This document shows positions 62,190 through 64,000 of a stretch of 64,000 nt of DNA, one piece after another. The position numbers were made by a program, and so were the translations under genes. Location of the stretch: contig OZ024751.1 of the NCBI GenBank assembly GCA_964016885.1, positions 20,026,001-20,090,000 on the forward strand, in the 5' to 3' direction. Origin of the DNA: Eledone cirrhosa. Lineage: Eukaryota. Below the pieces are notes generated by a model that searched no databases, was not told the DNA's origin, and saw only the letters and a program-made list of their open reading frames with translations. Every line of letters starts with the position of its first letter. Positions within the stretch are counted from its first letter, which is position 1.

Positions 62190-62227
62190 ATCTAAACATT
62201 TCGGGCGTTAGTCCTTCATCAGAAGAT
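62190..62227 (-). ncRNA. Minimal hammerhead (family A)
   Basis: ATCTT-CTGATGA-AGGACTAACGCCC-GAAATGTTTAGAT. Confidence 0.55.
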
Positions 62228-62364
62228 AGAATAAGAAATTTAAAAAAAAGAAATAGAAATGCAGAGGATGGCGAGAAGAGGAAGAAACGAAAAAAAATAA
62301 CAAAAAACAATTACTACCAGCCTGGAATATGCTTGACCATGGCTGACCTAGGGTCACAAAACAA

Positions 62365-62470
62365 AAATATTTTGCTCAAGAACGCAATGCACCATCCGAT
62401 CTAGGAATCGAACCTGTGGCCTTATGGTCGTGAGTCCAACATGATAAACTCTAGGCCACGTGACTTCCAA
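62365..62470 (-). mobile_element. SINE family 2 5' half
   Basis: CGTGGCCTAGAG..GGTTCGATTCC..TTCTTGAGCAAA on the minus strand. Confidence 0.7.
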
Positions 62471-62761
62471 CACACGCACAAAAAAAAACAAATAGATATC
62501 TCAGTTAACTGAACGTAATGGTGCGATTTGAGGGAGACTTGATTGCTATTTTTAACAGGTAGAGCGACCTAATAGAGGATCTCTCGTTAACCTAACTTGC
62601 AATTTTTCTGAAGGAAGTGGTTGGTGGGGTGTAGGATGTGAACAAATAAGAAAATTTGTGAAGTATTTCTCAACGTTGATTGAAAGATAACGGCTAAACC
62701 GCCTGACATTGTTATCAAATAGTAGAGCGAGAAAATAACAGTGAGGGAGAGAGAAAGCGTG

Positions 62762-62839
<78 letters not shown>

Positions 62840-62923
62840 GAGTGAAAGAGAGGAGGAGAAATACTGTGATAATAGAAAGAGACAAAGAAGGAGATAGAAA
62901 CAGAGAAGGAGGAAGAGAGAGAC

Positions 62924-62997
<74 letters not shown>

Positions 62998-63354
62998 TAG
63001 AAAGAGAGAGAGAGAGAGATATTCAGAGAGACAGAGACGCAAAGAGACTGAGACGAAGAGATACAGAGAGATGAAGAGGAAACAGAGAAACAGAGATAGA
63101 GAGACAAAGAGAGTCACAGAGAAGGAAACAAAGAGAGAAAGAGGTGGAAACTAAGGGAGGGAACTTATACATTTAGCGATATGTCAGGCTCATCAGATAA
63201 ATCATATCGGTGAAAATTCTTTTCTAAACACGAAGACATCGGAAGTGGACTGATGAAAATGTAGAGCCTTGGTGAAGACGGTAAAACAGATGGATTATAG
63301 AGAAAAGTTGAATGGCTGACAAACTGGACATTTCCGCCGGAAACACACATTCAT

Positions 63355-63404
<50 letters not shown>

Positions 63405-63516
63405 AACCCCTTTTAGAATGGAAGCAGAAATTGTTTACTTAGACTTTTAATCTGTGCTAATAACACACACATACTCACAGACATATATATATATGCACAA
63501 GCACACATTCACTCAT

Positions 63517-63548
<32 letters not shown>

Positions 63549-63754
63549 TTATATATATATATATATATATACACATGCATATATATATATATATATACTG
63601 TGTGTGTATGTGTGTATATATATATATATATATACGATAGTACATATTAAGGAATGTACTAAATAGACATTCCAGCACATGAACTTAGTATAAGACAAAT
63701 AGATGGACAGAGATTGATGCACACACACACACACACACGCACGCACGCGCGCAC

Positions 63755-63852
<98 letters not shown>

Positions 63853-64000
63853 ACACACACACACAGGCAGAGAAAAACACAGGAGGAAAGAATGCTGAAA
63901 CATTATTGTCAATACTTGTGTTGTATTTAAACTAGGTTTAGGTCGGGTACTACCCCGAATTGTAAAGCATCTGTGAATTCTAATAATGTTAATGATGTTG

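Noticed and set aside
63165-63350. 61-aa ORF and CTGATGA motif
   Set aside because: No recognisable domain; TAAA instead of GAAA

Overview
AT-rich, extremely microsatellite-dense metazoan non-coding DNA. The repeat make-up suggests an octopus/cephalopod intron or intergenic region; this is an inference, not verified. No intact protein-coding gene is supportable, and nearly all ORFs in the track are translations of (TA)n, (CA)n, (TACA)n or (GGT)n repeats. The non-repetitive islands are almost all mobile-element pieces: two tRNA-derived SINE families, RTE-type LINE remnants and non-autonomous derivatives, a Helitron helicase 3' fragment and Tc1/mariner MITEs. The most striking component is about 25 type I hammerhead-ribozyme (HHR) motifs, read by eye, from about 10 different sequence families. 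They lie in short (100-550 bp) non-coding elements inserted into (TA)n tracts. Many of these elements are long fold-back palindromes with a one-sided 3' tail sharing a (A/G)T(T/C)GAG motif. This fits miniature Penelope-like element (PLE)/retrozyme-type insertions targeted to TA microsatellites. Unusual variants include CCGANGA cores, a 115-nt stem II and a flip/flop palindrome loop.
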